A stretch of DNA of 64,000 nt. Origin: a virus (lineage: Duplodnaviria; Caudoviricetes). This document shows, piece after piece, positions 1 to 10,353 of the stretch. The position numbers were made by a program, and so were the translations under genes. The stretch lies in IMG/VR virus record IMGVR_UViG_3300033177_000258. The stretch is one strand, 5' to 3'. Every line of letters starts with the position of its first letter. The stretch's first letter is position 1. Below the pieces are notes generated by a model. The model was not told the DNA's origin and did no database searches. It saw only the letters and a program-made list of their open reading frames with translations.

Positions 1-168
1 GCGGCCGCTGGCGCGGCCTTTCACCTGCTCTGCGCACGATTGCGGCCGCTGGCGCGGCCTTTCACCTGCTCTGCGCACGATTGCGGCCGCTGGCGCGGCC
101 TTTCACCTGCTCTGCGCACGATTGCGGCCGCTGGCGCGGCCTTTCACCTGCTCTGCGCACGATTGCGG
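1..168 (-). repeat. 41-bp perfect tandem repeat x4, each unit carrying the array motif in reverse orientation; may continue left of the window
   Basis: Unit GCGGCCGCTGGCGCGGCCTTTCACCTGCTCTGCGCACGATT at 1, 42, 83, 124; CTCTGCGCACGATTGCGG is the reverse complement of CCGCAATCGTGCGCAGAG. Confidence 0.95.
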
Positions 169-421
169 GTTCCAAAATCATGGCTCCCAGAAAGTTTGCC
201 GTTCAGCAGGAGCTAGGCGCTTGATTGCGCCCAGATACGGGTGCTCCGGCGCCCTGGGGCTCTAACGCCAGCCTGCGGCTGGCTTCCTTGGGCGCAATCC
301 TGCGGTGCTCGTCAGCGGCGTCCTGCTGCTGGAGCCGGATGCCGACCCCGCCAACATCGCTACCGGGTGGGAGCAGCCCAAGTAGCCGCAATCGTGCGCA
401 GAATGACAGGAGGCCCAACCC

Positions 422-676
422 ATGAAGATAGCCATTAGCTGCCTGAACGCCACCGAGGCCCGGCTGAAGCGGCCCCACGGCAACCATGACATCGTGTTCG
501 GCACTGACGACATCATCGTCATCGAAATCCCCGACCCTGAGCCGGGCAGCAGCGTCCTGGCGCTGAGCCTGCGCACCGAGGCCGACGACACCGACGTGCA
601 GGCCCCGCATACGTCTCTGGCCTACCGGGAGGTCTACGTCGCCAGCAGGGGCGGCATGACGTTCCGCACCCACTGA
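422..676 (+). CDS. hypothetical protein (array unit)
   Basis: AGGAGG RBS, follows motif at 387. Confidence 0.75.
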   Translation: MKIAISCLNATEARLKRPHGNHDIVFGTDDIIVIEIPDPEPGSSVLALSLRTEADDTDVQAPHTSLAYREVYVASRGGMTFRTH

Positions 677-725
677 CGGCCGCAATCGTGTGCTGTAGGA
701 TGATGATACCTACCAAGGAGGCCAC

Positions 726-1181
726 ATGAACGACTTCTGCATCAATGCCATCGGCGAAATCAGCGTGGGGGAGCGTGGCGACACGCTCGTTGACGAGAAG
801 CAGCTTGACAAGGAGCAACTCGCAATCCTCCGCAAGTGGGAGGAACTGGAGCGGTACGCGGGCAACCATAGCTCCGTCCGCGCCTATGCGGGCATCCTGC
901 GGGACAAGCCCTACCGGACCCTGTGCGTGGAGTTCTCCTGCGAGGTGAGTGACTTTGACGCCTGCCAGCGTGCGGTGGTGGCGTTCGCCGGGCGCTTCGG
1001 CGGCAACATTGACGTGATGGGCACCGGGGAGAGCGGCGAGGTGCACGACTACCCGCATTGGGCTGTGGACATCGAGTGTCTCGACCTCGACGGCTCCGAA
1101 CTGACCACCCTGTTCTGTCAGGTGTGGCTGTACCTGCAGCAGAGCGTGAGCCTGCACCGCTTCATCCACCAAGTCGGCTGA
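726..1181 (+). CDS. hypothetical protein (array unit)
   Basis: AAGGAGG RBS, GC3-rich codons, motif at 681. Confidence 0.8.
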   Translation: MNDFCINAIGEISVGERGDTLVDEKQLDKEQLAILRKWEELERYAGNHSSVRAYAGILRDKPYRTLCVEFSCEVSDFDACQRAVVAFAGRFGGNIDVMGTGESGEVHDYPHWAVDIECLDLDGSELTTLFCQVWLYLQQSVSLHRFIHQVG

Positions 1182-1233
1182 GGGCCGCAATCGTGCGCAC
1201 AGGAGTGTATCCACTACCATCTGGAGGTCATCC

Positions 1234-1938
1234 ATGAGACCACTGCGGTGCTACATCAATGACAGCGCCATGCTGCCCGACAGCGGGGACCACGAGGGCT
1301 GCGACGTGCGGCTCGACCCGCTCTTCGAGGTGGCGAGTGCGGCGCTGGACTACCCCGGCATCACCCACATCAATCCCGGCAGCACGATGTACGAGTTCGA
1401 GGTGGAGGCCGACCGGGCCGAGTCGTTCCTGGGCCTGATGTTCGACCTGTGCTTGTTCCCGGTGTTCAACGACGAGGACAAGCCCGCGTGGGCGGCGGCG
1501 CTGGCGACTGTGCTGGAGCGCAAGGGCCTCGGCAAGACGGCGGCTGAGAAGGCCGTGTCGGAGCAGGAGTACAAGATGCTCTGCACCCGGCTCGGTGGCG
1601 GCTTTGGCGACAAGCTGTACGCCTACCTGATGGACAGCACGCCCGAGAACTTCTGGGAGGCGTACACGGTGGCCGACCTCGACCACAGGCGGAAGATGGC
1701 CGACGCGGCCAACTTCCTCAACGAGTGGGGGCAGAAGGGGCGCGAGATTGCGGCTGAGAAGCATGACGCATACCTGAACCGCAGGCCGGGCGACCGTCAC
1801 AAGTGGAAGCTCGACTGCCCCGGCATCATCCCCATGATGCAGAAGTTCGGCTTCGGGCTGAAGCAGTGGGGCGACGAGCGCCGGGCCAAGCTGGAGGCGC
1901 AGCCGAAGCCCAACCCGGCCAACGACGGCGGCGGATAG
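1234..1938 (+). CDS. hypothetical protein (array unit)
   Basis: GGAGG RBS, motif at 1186. Confidence 0.8.
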   Translation: MRPLRCYINDSAMLPDSGDHEGCDVRLDPLFEVASAALDYPGITHINPGSTMYEFEVEADRAESFLGLMFDLCLFPVFNDEDKPAWAAALATVLERKGLGKTAAEKAVSEQEYKMLCTRLGGGFGDKLYAYLMDSTPENFWEAYTVADLDHRRKMADAANFLNEWGQKGREIAAEKHDAYLNRRPGDRHKWKLDCPGIIPMMQKFGFGLKQWGDERRAKLEAQPKPNPANDGGG

Positions 1939-2040
1939 AACGCCCGCTGGCGCGGGCGGCGGATAGAACGCCCGCTGGCGCGGGCGGCGGATAGAACGCC
2001 CGCTGGCGCGGGCGGCGGATAGAACGCCCGCTGGCGCGGG
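1927..2040. repeat. 28-bp perfect tandem repeat x4 containing hairpin CGCCCGC-TGGC-GCGGGCG
   Basis: Unit GGCGGCGGATAGAACGCCCGCTGGCGCG at 1927, 1955, 1983, 2011. Confidence 0.95.
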
Positions 2041-2095
2041 CGATAGCCCCGCAATCGTGCGCACAGTGGTGTAAGAACCACTCTGGAGGTCAACC

Positions 2096-2413
2096 ATGAC
2101 AAAGGGACGCATCGTGGGGTTCGCCGGGAGCCACGGCTCCGGCTTGGCCCAACTGCTGGTGATGACCGAGAACGGCATCGAGGCGCCGGCGGTGGACAAC
2201 GGGACGACCGTGCGCTCGCTGGTCGCCGCCTATGGCGACGACGTAATCGGCGAGGGTCACACCGTCAACAACGAAGCGTTGTATGACAAACCCATCGAGT
2301 TCAGCACGGACGGCATCATGATGACGGGCTTCAACGTGCCCGAAGATGATGACCCCGACCTGCCTAACCACCTGCTGCCCAAGGACGGACCCGCGTTCGT
2401 CGTGAAGGAGTAG
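2096..2413 (+). CDS. hypothetical protein (array unit)
   Basis: GGAGG RBS, motif at 2050. Confidence 0.8.
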   Translation: MTKGRIVGFAGSHGSGLAQLLVMTENGIEAPAVDNGTTVRSLVAAYGDDVIGEGHTVNNEALYDKPIEFSTDGIMMTGFNVPEDDDPDLPNHLLPKDGPAFVVKE

Positions 2414-2495
2414 CGGCCGGCCCCTGCCCAACGCATCGGGTGGGGGCTGTCCGCAATCGTGCGCATAGGAGTACAACCTACCAAGGAGGTGCTTC

Positions 2496-3086
2496 ATGCA
2501 CCAGAACGAGAAAGACATTCGCCTGGGCCGGGTCCTGCCGAACCAGCCCATCACCATCCGCACCCGGCTGGACGAGCAGAACGACAGCGCGGACATGGTA
2601 GGCCCCGGCGTGGACGTGGCTATCCGCGTCACCCGCATGGGCATCCGCGTGGAGTTCGATGGCTATGGCGACCCCATCCTCATCGAGCAGTATGACGGCC
2701 ACCCGATGGTGCGCATCTGGTCCGACATCACGCAGGAATACCCCACCCACGACGTGAGCCTCGAAGGCGCACTGGAGCGCGAGACGGACGTGTGCGGCTC
2801 CTGCGACGGCTCCGGCATCCTGACGGACGTGGACCCGTCCGAGGGCCTGTTCCGGCGCACCATCCAGAAGTGTGACGCCTGCGGCAAGTACGCCAAGGAC
2901 ATTGACGCGGCCCGCGCTTTGTCCGCGCAGGACCCGCACTTCATCTTCTACGTGCGCGACCGCAACACCGGACTGCCCATCGCATGGGATGACCCCGACC
3001 CCAAGGCCCGCCCCGTCTGCGTGCCCGATTACGAACTGTCGGCGCTTCTCGAACGTATCTTGGAGAAGCGGGCGGGCAAGAAGTAG
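2496..3086 (+). CDS. hypothetical protein with CxxC..CxxC Zn ribbon
   Basis: CGSCDG and CDACG; AAGGAGG RBS. Confidence 0.8.
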   Translation: MHQNEKDIRLGRVLPNQPITIRTRLDEQNDSADMVGPGVDVAIRVTRMGIRVEFDGYGDPILIEQYDGHPMVRIWSDITQEYPTHDVSLEGALERETDVCGSCDGSGILTDVDPSEGLFRRTIQKCDACGKYAKDIDAARALSAQDPHFIFYVRDRNTGLPIAWDDPDPKARPVCVPDYELSALLERILEKRAGKK

Positions 3087-3129
3087 GCCCGCAATCCTGC
3101 GCCGAGTGGTGTAGGGTGTCAGAAATAGC

Positions 3130-3158
3130 TTGACACGTTTCGTCTGAAGAAGTAGTAT
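3130..3158 (+). promoter_or_regulatory. sigma70-type promoter
   Basis: TTGACA-N17-TAGTAT. Confidence 0.7.
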
Positions 3159-3383
3159 ACCAACCCACGAGGAGTGATGGCCAGTAGCAGACCAGTTCTT
3201 TTCAGGCTGGATGGCCGACCCCGGCCACCGCATCGTCGCTCAGGTTGCAGCATACACCGCAGTAGGGCTGTTGTTCGTCGTATGGGCAATCATCACGCGC
3301 TGAAGAGGAGAGGCAGGGCGCGTGCAGAACGGCGACGCGTAGTGGAACAACACACTAGCCGCCACGGGCGGCGGGAGGCGAGC

Positions 3384-3896
3384 ATGATGCACAGGGCACT
3401 CGTGACGGAGAGCACGGAGCAATACGACGAACTGATGGCCCTGCAGAACGCAGAGCCGGGCACGGACCGCGAACTGACAGCCGACGAGCTGGCTGTGGTT
3501 AGCGAGATACTCGACGCGGAAGACGGGTATGTGGTGCTCCGCGCCACGGCCGACAATGATGACTGTGAGCCCGTCTGGTACCTTAGCGACGACGAGGCGC
3601 CCGCACGAGGGGACGCCTCGCACGTTGAATGGCCCGGTGGCGTCACATGGCCGCGCAAGGCCGATGAAGACCAGCGGGAGCCGCAGGCCATGGCCATCGC
3701 GCAGGCGGCCGAGGACTGGCCTCACCGCCACGAGGACTTGCGCGACGCCGAGGAGGCGGCCGACATTGCGGTAGGCGAGCTTCTCGACGACCCGGCCGGG
3801 TGGCCACGCTTTGTACCCGACCACTGGCAGCCGGGAGCATGGGTCGACTGCTACCGCACGGCCTATGCGGCGGAGTGGGAAGTGCGCAATGCTTGA
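3384..3896 (+). CDS. acidic hypothetical protein
   Basis: GGGAGG RBS before ATG 3384 (ORF-track start 3174 is probably too long). Confidence 0.7.
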   Translation: MMHRALVTESTEQYDELMALQNAEPGTDRELTADELAVVSEILDAEDGYVVLRATADNDDCEPVWYLSDDEAPARGDASHVEWPGGVTWPRKADEDQREPQAMAIAQAAEDWPHRHEDLRDAEEAADIAVGELLDDPAGWPRFVPDHWQPGAWVDCYRTAYAAEWEVRNA

Positions 3897-3979
3897 GATA
3901 CCACGCCGCAATCGTGCGCAGAGGGGTGTAGGGTGTCGGCGGACGACACCATACACTACTTCCTACCAAGGAGCATGAC

Positions 3980-4723
3980 ATGAGCGACCTGACTTTGCCG
4001 GCCGGCACCTTTGCGCGGCACTGGCTGCTGGCGGCGCACGAGACACAGAAGCTCCAACGGCGGGCGCACGCACTTATCGAGCGCTGGCCCAAGGAGAAGG
4101 GCAAGGAGCCCACGGACAAGCAGCGGCGCAGCTACTCCAACGCGTCGTGCCTCGGGCAGATGATGGAATTGGGTGGCTCTGCTGAACTGTGCCGTCTGCT
4201 GCGCTGGCGCTTCGACAAGGCCCAGGAGTTCAAGCTGGCGGCTGTCCACGAGTACCTAAACGTGGTGCTCGAAGTCCTGCAGGAGGAAGACGAGTTCTAC
4301 ATCGAAGACCTGGGCTTCGAGTGGGAGAAGATGGAGCTACGGGAAGACTATGCCGAACCGTACTACAGCATCTTCATCGGAGCGCTCAAGATGCTGGCGG
4401 ACGCCGAGGGCCTCGAAGTCGTGGTCTTCTGCTCGCACAGCGGCAGCGGCTACGTGGACGAGACCTTCTGGGACGCCGAAATCCGGCTGTACCAAGGCGA
4501 CGAGTTCATCACAGTGCCCTTCTTCCTGCTGAGCAGCGAGTTCGGAGGGCGCTCCAGTTCCCAAGGCGCCTACATGGGAGAGATGTACGGGCTTCCTGAG
4601 CGCTATGACGAGGACGCGGAGGAGATGGTGACGGAGCGCGACCGGATGGAAGCGCTGGAGGCGGCGGGGGACCCCGACGACCTGTACCAGACATCGCGCG
4701 AGGGTTGGCCTGCTACCGAGTAG
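3980..4723 (+). CDS. hypothetical protein (array unit)
   Basis: AAGGAG RBS, motif at 3907. Confidence 0.8.
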   Translation: MSDLTLPAGTFARHWLLAAHETQKLQRRAHALIERWPKEKGKEPTDKQRRSYSNASCLGQMMELGGSAELCRLLRWRFDKAQEFKLAAVHEYLNVVLEVLQEEDEFYIEDLGFEWEKMELREDYAEPYYSIFIGALKMLADAEGLEVVVFCSHSGSGYVDETFWDAEIRLYQGDEFITVPFFLLSSEFGGRSSSQGAYMGEMYGLPERYDEDAEEMVTERDRMEALEAAGDPDDLYQTSREGWPATE

Positions 4724-4858
4724 GCGCCGCAATCGTGCGCAGAGTATTGGATGGGGAGGGCGACAGCGAGACGACTTGGTAGTCCTAGCAGCTACCCACG
4801 GCTCGTTGAGTGCGCACTCCTCCCTCCCCCATCAAATTCCCCTACCAAGGAGGGCTAC

Positions 4859-5500
4859 ATGCCCAAGAGACCACCCGCAGATGAACGCAAGGTCAACCAA
4901 GTGCTTCGTGAGGCGGAGCGCATCGCGTCCAATGACCGGAGCTCGCTCTCCGGCGACATCATCCAGTTCCCGGCCAGCGTCCAGCACGCTCTGGAGGCCA
5001 TCTCGCACTTCGAGGTGACCACTCGTGACATCGAAGAGCCGAGCAACGTGGCGCGGGGCAAGCGCTTGGCCGACCACCTGCTCGCCAAGGTCGTAGACAG
5101 CGCGTGGCAGGGTGCGAGGGGCAACAAGGGCACCGAGGTCCTCGGTTGCTTCATCATGGCTCTGCGCGGCCACATGAACGACGTGCAGCACATCCTCGAC
5201 ATCGCTCTCAAGCACGCAGCCGCCGAGTTCAAGTTCGACGTGGACGACGAGACGGGCTACCCCAAGTGCCCGCACTGTGGCGACGTGCTCGACACGCTCG
5301 AAGCCGACAAGGTGACGACCGACTAGGGCGTGACGCTGGAGTGCGAAGAACTGGTGGATGGGCGCTTCGAGTACAGCTACGACAGCATGGACGACGGCGA
5401 CATGGGTGGCGAAATCAACCACGAGGGCTACGCTTGCCCGCACTGCGGCAAGGAACTGCCCGAAGTCATGCAGATGCTCATTGACGCGATGAGCGGCTAA
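4859..5500 (+). pseudogene. Zn-ribbon protein interrupted by in-frame TAG at 5324-5326
   Basis: CPHCG before the TAG and a second CPHCG after it in the same frame; ends TAA at 5498-5500. Confidence 0.65.
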
Positions 5501-5715
5501 CGGAAATCATGGCTCCAAGAGCGAGGCCGTTCAGGGCCTCCCAAAGGGTTCCCTGCCACCCTGCCGGCGCGCCGGGCGCGGCTCTAACGCCATCAAGCTG
5601 TCCTTGGTAGGGACTACAGCGCGGCGGGGGCCTGCCGACCGACATCCCGGCAGGCCGCCCGCTCCGCAATCGTGCGCACAGTAGTGTACCCATCATCCAA
5701 TGGAGGTCGCCCCCC

Positions 5716-6198
5716 ATGTCTCAGCAACGCAAGCCCTTCACTGCTGATGACGTGCGCAAGCATGGTCGCCTGAAGAGAGGTGCCATCCTCGGCGGGCCGG
5801 AACCCTACGGCTGCATCAACTCCGGCTTTCGCCCCTCCCTCGCGCATGTCAACTGCCCCACTGAACTCTGGACTGTCGGGCCCGAAATGCGGGCCGAAGA
5901 AGTACGCAAGGTGCTCAAGCAGTACGAAGCCCGCGACCGGTTCGGGCTGGCCGACAAGAGGCAGAAGGCCTTCCTGCGCAAGCGCATCCACCGGGTGCCG
6001 AACGACCCGGCAGGGACCCGTACCGTCTTCGTCTTCAGGTCCAAGGCCCCGGCCATCGAGAAGTTCGTGGAACTGTGCAACGTCATCCTCGACAGCAATG
6101 CCAAGGACCGGGCGCAGCACCAGCAGGCGCTGGATGATATGCGCTCGCCTGACCCTGAGCGCCGGGTGCGCGGGGCACTGGCTTCGATGGACTACTGA
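5716..6198 (+). CDS. hypothetical protein (array unit)
   Basis: GGAGG RBS, motif at 5665. Confidence 0.8.
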   Translation: MSQQRKPFTADDVRKHGRLKRGAILGGPEPYGCINSGFRPSLAHVNCPTELWTVGPEMRAEEVRKVLKQYEARDRFGLADKRQKAFLRKRIHRVPNDPAGTRTVFVFRSKAPAIEKFVELCNVILDSNAKDRAQHQQALDDMRSPDPERRVRGALASMDY

Positions 6199-6246
6199 GC
6201 CGCAATCGTGCGCTGAGGAGTACAACCCTACCGAGGAGGCCGCAAC

Positions 6247-6750
6247 ATGAAAGTCCGGCGCCGCAAGTCCTGCACACCCCAGGTGCCGTGCTCCGTGCAC
6301 TGCTACCACGCCGCGACCCTGTGCTTCTGTGAGAAGTGCCGCACCCAGCCGCTGGGCTACCGGGTCTGGGACCACAGTCATGGCAGTTGGTACAGCCACC
6401 TCAAAGACGTGCCCGCCGAGCAGCAGGTCTACGTCTCGCCTGAGTACGTCTCGTGCACCTTCGGGGGCCGCTTCAGCGCCGAGACCAATGTGCACGTCAT
6501 GATTGAGAACCTCGATGAACTGAAAGCGGGCCTGAGCCTCTGGCTCAAGCCCTACCGCCTGAGCGCCGGGCAGGTGCAGCAGGAAGTCAAGGAGGGGGAT
6601 GGTGTCAGCCAGCGCTACCTCATCGCCAGCGCGTTCGCCAGCATCGAGCACGGTCTCCTGTGTCTGAGGCAATTCAGCGCCAGCCAAGAGCCGACCGACG
6701 CCATCGAGGCCATCGGGGAGAAGGCCAAAGCGCAATCCTGCGCTGAGTAG
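6247..6750 (+). CDS. Cys/His-rich hypothetical protein; stop codon supplied by next motif
   Basis: GAGGAGG RBS; ends QSCAE* inside motif at 6731. Confidence 0.75.
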   Translation: MKVRRRKSCTPQVPCSVHCYHAATLCFCEKCRTQPLGYRVWDHSHGSWYSHLKDVPAEQQVYVSPEYVSCTFGGRFSAETNVHVMIENLDELKAGLSLWLKPYRLSAGQVQQEVKEGDGVSQRYLIASAFASIEHGLLCLRQFSASQEPTDAIEAIGEKAKAQSCAE

Positions 6751-6783
6751 TACAACCTTTCATCGGCCGGAGGTCACCTGCCT

Positions 6784-7230
6784 ATGCCTGAACAGAAGCA
6801 TCGCGTACAGATGAACGTGCTCTACCGCGACGGGAGCAACTACAAGGTCTGGTGTATCGTCAACTTCAAGGAAGGCGAGCACCTCGACCCCAGCGACGTG
6901 CAGGCCCTGCTCGCAGCCCGCGAGGGCGACCGGCTGGACCTTGGCTTCGCTCACGAACTGAAGCACCCCGGCCAGATGGCGGCTGAGACTGACCCCGACT
7001 GGGCCGGCTTCCCCACCGACGACGACGGCGACTTCTTCGAGGTCACCGAGAAGAGCATATACTGCCTCTGCCAACTGGTCGAGGGTCACGACTTCGACAC
7101 GGTTGCGAAGTACGGGCAGAGCGTGGGCATCACCTTCAATGCCTTCGTCCAGAACTACCTGCACCGCAAGGGGTCTGGGCGGCGGCACGATGACTGCCTG
7201 CTGATGAAGCGGGTGCGCGGCTGGCTGTAG
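6784..7230 (+). CDS. hypothetical protein (array unit)
   Basis: GGAGG RBS. Confidence 0.8.
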   Translation: MPEQKHRVQMNVLYRDGSNYKVWCIVNFKEGEHLDPSDVQALLAAREGDRLDLGFAHELKHPGQMAAETDPDWAGFPTDDDGDFFEVTEKSIYCLCQLVEGHDFDTVAKYGQSVGITFNAFVQNYLHRKGSGRRHDDCLLMKRVRGWL

Positions 7231-7305
7231 GCGCAATCGTGCGCACAGAAGTGTAACGGGGGCGGGCGACCGCCCCCGACCGCTAACCCTAACGAGGTAC
7301 GAGAC

Positions 7306-7836
7306 ATGAGTGGAGAGAAGGTCATCGGCAGCGTCAACATCATGCCCAATGGCGAGGTGTTGCGCGAGCAGTTCGGCAAGGAGTTCGCCGCCACCATCGC
7401 CGGGCTACTCTTCCCGGCCAAGTCGCTTTGGCAGCGGGCCAAGCGGATGGCGCTGGCAGAGGGCTGTGCCAACGACGACTGGTCGCCGAGCGACAGCTAT
7501 GAGCGCGTCCAGATGGAAGCCCGGCAGATGCGCGAGCAGGTCAAGCGCGTGCATGACGCTATCTGGAACCTTAGCATGGTGGCTCTGGAGCAGGGCATCA
7601 TCAACCTGCCCGCCGACATGCCCGACGAGGCTGAGTTCGTCCTGCAGCGTGAGGGCCACGAGCCGGAGAGCATCACCGCCGCCACCATTCGCAACATGAC
7701 GAAGCTGCAGATGGACTTCACCGCATTGGTGCAGGACAAGGGTACCTGCATCACCCACTTCATCCTGACCAAGCTCGACGACATCGAGGACGGGCTCTTC
7801 GAGCCCGAGGACGAGTGGGTCGTCCCCGAGAAGTAG
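7306..7836 (+). CDS. hypothetical protein (array unit)
   Basis: GAGGT RBS, motif at 7232. Confidence 0.8.
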   Translation: MSGEKVIGSVNIMPNGEVLREQFGKEFAATIAGLLFPAKSLWQRAKRMALAEGCANDDWSPSDSYERVQMEARQMREQVKRVHDAIWNLSMVALEQGIINLPADMPDEAEFVLQREGHEPESITAATIRNMTKLQMDFTALVQDKGTCITHFILTKLDDIEDGLFEPEDEWVVPEK

Positions 7837-7912
7837 GCGCAATCGTGCGCCGATAGATGTAGGGGGCGGGGAGACCTGCCCCCACACTTCTTCCCCGAAG
7901 GGATGATGCCCA

Positions 7913-8377
7913 ATGCCAATGCCTCCCCGGATGAGGCAGGCCAGGCACACCTGCAAGCTGTGCTCCGGCCATGCGCACTACTTCGTGCCGTTCGAGAAGC
8001 TGGAACCGTGGATGCGTGAGTACACCCGCACGCCACACGCTCGCTCCACCCGGCAGTTGACCGTAGACGGCCGCACCATGGAAGGCGTGTACCTGTGCAC
8101 TGTGCATAGCGCTCCGCTGCTGGACGCGTTCACCGCCAAGGCCACTCACACCGACAGTATGTACGACCTTACGCTGCAATGGGCCGAGGACCGTGTGGGC
8201 TACACCCAGCCCCTACTCCTGCGGGTCATCGAAGGCACCGTTCAGGAAGCCGCCGGTGTGCCTGCGGGCATGGGCGCGCCCAAGTTCGTACCCGGTCTCA
8301 TGCTCCGCGCTCGCGCCGCTGTGGCCAGCGCCAGCACGAAACAGGTTGACGGCACCCCGCTGGTCGCGATAGCATAG
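7913..8377 (+). CDS. hypothetical protein (array unit)
   Basis: Motif at 7838; CxxC near N-terminus. Confidence 0.7.
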   Translation: MPMPPRMRQARHTCKLCSGHAHYFVPFEKLEPWMREYTRTPHARSTRQLTVDGRTMEGVYLCTVHSAPLLDAFTAKATHTDSMYDLTLQWAEDRVGYTQPLLLRVIEGTVQEAAGVPAGMGAPKFVPGLMLRARAAVASASTKQVDGTPLVAIA

Positions 8378-8429
8378 GCGCAATCGTGCGCCAAGTAGTG
8401 TAACCCACTACACGCTGTGGAGGTTGAAC

Positions 8430-8729
8430 ATGCCCAGAAAGAAGCCGACGCTGGCTCTGGTCTTCCGTAGCCTCACCGACGTAGCCGAGCACATCAAGAA
8501 GCCCGGCACCGCCCTGCCCGAGCAGTTCGTCCTGAGCGATGCGCTCTACAAGCTCGATGACGTGGCCACCACGGGCAAGCACGCTCTGGTGCTCCCGAGT
8601 GGCAACACCAGCGCCACGGTCAAGTACCGCGCCATCGGCCAGCCCGCCAAGCTCCCCATCCACGTGCGCCTGCAGTTGCGCGGCAAGCGCCTGCACGTCA
8701 CGGACGTGGACGCCGTAGCAAACTCCTGA
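8430..8729 (+). CDS. hypothetical protein (array unit)
   Basis: GGAGG RBS, ATG 8430. Confidence 0.75.
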   Translation: MPRKKPTLALVFRSLTDVAEHIKKPGTALPEQFVLSDALYKLDDVATTGKHALVLPSGNTSATVKYRAIGQPAKLPIHVRLQLRGKRLHVTDVDAVANS

Positions 8730-8774
8730 GCCGCAATCAAGCGCTCAGATACGTGAGTTGTACATCACTGCGGG

Positions 8775-8969
8775 ATGAGGCTGCGCATGGTAGTAATGAC
8801 GGTTGTCTTGGTTGGCCTGAGCTTCGTTGCTCTGCCCCCACAAGACGTGGCGCCCACTGACGCGCTGCTGTCCAAGCCGTTGTCCTGCTGCCATCTACTA
8901 AGTCAAGGCAGCGCAGTCGAACCGTTGGAGGTGAGGCCCATTCCCCTGTACCCGACAGGGTATGGCTGA
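8775..8969 (+). CDS. possible small protein with hydrophobic N-terminus
   Basis: Follows degenerate motif at 8732; weak RBS. Confidence 0.4.
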   Translation: MRLRMVVMTVVLVGLSFVALPPQDVAPTDALLSKPLSCCHLLSQGSAVEPLEVRPIPLYPTGYG

Positions 8970-9044
8970 CGAAGCCCCAGCCCCCCAGCGCAGGCAGCGC
9001 GCTCAATAAGCAGACTGTCAGGTTTCTGAGCACAGAAATGAGAG

Positions 9045-9081
9045 AGCCCCCGGCCTGAAGACGCAATGGCCGGGGGCTTTT
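9045..9081 (+). terminator. intrinsic terminator
   Basis: AGCCCCCGGCC..GGCCGGGGGCT followed by TTT. Confidence 0.75.
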
Positions 9082-9253
9082 CGTATTCCTGGCTCCCTGT
9101 TCTGTTGCCGTTCAGACGATTCCCAACCCGCAATCGCGCGCACGCGCGGGCGCCGGCCGGCCGGGCTCTAACGCCAGGCCCATCGCAATCGTGCGCAGAG
9201 TAGTATCGGGGAGGGGCAACCCTCCCCGCACCCCAATTCACGGGAGGTCGCTC

Positions 9254-9763
9254 ATGAGGACGTACACGCGCAAGGTCTACCTGCTGGAGGGGCCAGACGG
9301 CACCAAGAGCTACATCACGGCACAGCAGGCCAGGGGCCAGATGGCGACGGCCAAGCTGGAGAGCGCCGAGACGCTGCACGCTCACGTGCACGACGCCGCA
9401 GGCATCTACTACTACAGCAGCTACCCGCGCCAGCAGACCTGCTACAAGCTGCTGTCTGGCGATACGCTCTGGGTCATCGAGCGCCTGTATGCCACGGGCG
9501 TCGAGACCACCAGCGAATCGAGGGACGTTGACCCGCAACTCGCCACACCTCCCGGCCCGCAGTACAGCATGAGCCGCGCCGGGGACTTCTGCGGCAACGC
9601 CGCAATCACCATGTACTGGCTGGGCTACGAAATCACCGCCTACTGTGGCCTGCTGGCCTACCAGGTACGCGACGGCAAGCGCCGGGACTGGCTTCTCAAG
9701 CAGCACTGGAGCGAGACGCCGGAAGACTTCCACAAGCGGGCGCAGTCCGAAGTCTATGGCTGA
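9254..9763 (+). CDS. hypothetical protein (array unit)
   Basis: GGGAGG RBS, ATG 9254. Confidence 0.8.
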   Translation: MRTYTRKVYLLEGPDGTKSYITAQQARGQMATAKLESAETLHAHVHDAAGIYYYSSYPRQQTCYKLLSGDTLWVIERLYATGVETTSESRDVDPQLATPPGPQYSMSRAGDFCGNAAITMYWLGYEITAYCGLLAYQVRDGKRRDWLLKQHWSETPEDFHKRAQSEVYG

Positions 9764-9815
9764 GCCCGCAATCCTGCGCAGAGCAGTGTACCCATCACCG
9801 CATGGAGGTCACATC

Positions 9816-10325
9816 ATGGTCAGCGGACAGCCGGGGAACGACCCGGCGACAAAGTACGACGTGGGCTGCCTCTGGCTGCCCGAGCAGGAAGTGGACGAGG
9901 AGCAGGTGGGCAAGCCGGGCTTCGTCCTCATCCGGCACGAACTGGGCTGCGTCACTGCCGGCCGCGTGCATCTGGCCGGGGAAGACAAGACGCCCACGCT
10001 GCAGGATACACAACTGCTCACACGCCGCACCGACCTGCCGCCAGCGTCCGCCTACGAACTGGCGCAGCACATCGTCACGGACGCCTGCGAGCAGCACGGA
10101 CCCGAGGTCCTGAACCCCATCCAGCTTCGGGGCTGCATCAACTTCGGCGACAGCATTCCCACGCTGGAGGAGGAACTGGAGAAGCTCGCGGACAGGTGGG
10201 AAGCGAACGCTAAGGTGCTGGACAACATGCCCGAAGGACAGGCCATGCCCTCTGACGCCGCCGTCTCCGCCAGCACCCGCCATCACGCCAGCGACCTGCG
10301 CGCAATCCTGCGCACAGTAGTGTAA
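9816..10325 (+). CDS. hypothetical protein; runs into next motif
   Basis: GGAGG RBS, ATG 9816; ends RAILRTVV* within motif at 10301. Confidence 0.75.
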   Translation: MVSGQPGNDPATKYDVGCLWLPEQEVDEEQVGKPGFVLIRHELGCVTAGRVHLAGEDKTPTLQDTQLLTRRTDLPPASAYELAQHIVTDACEQHGPEVLNPIQLRGCINFGDSIPTLEEELEKLADRWEANAKVLDNMPEGQAMPSDAAVSASTRHHASDLRAILRTVV

Positions 10326-10353
10326 GCACCCATCACAGCATGGAGGTCGCATC

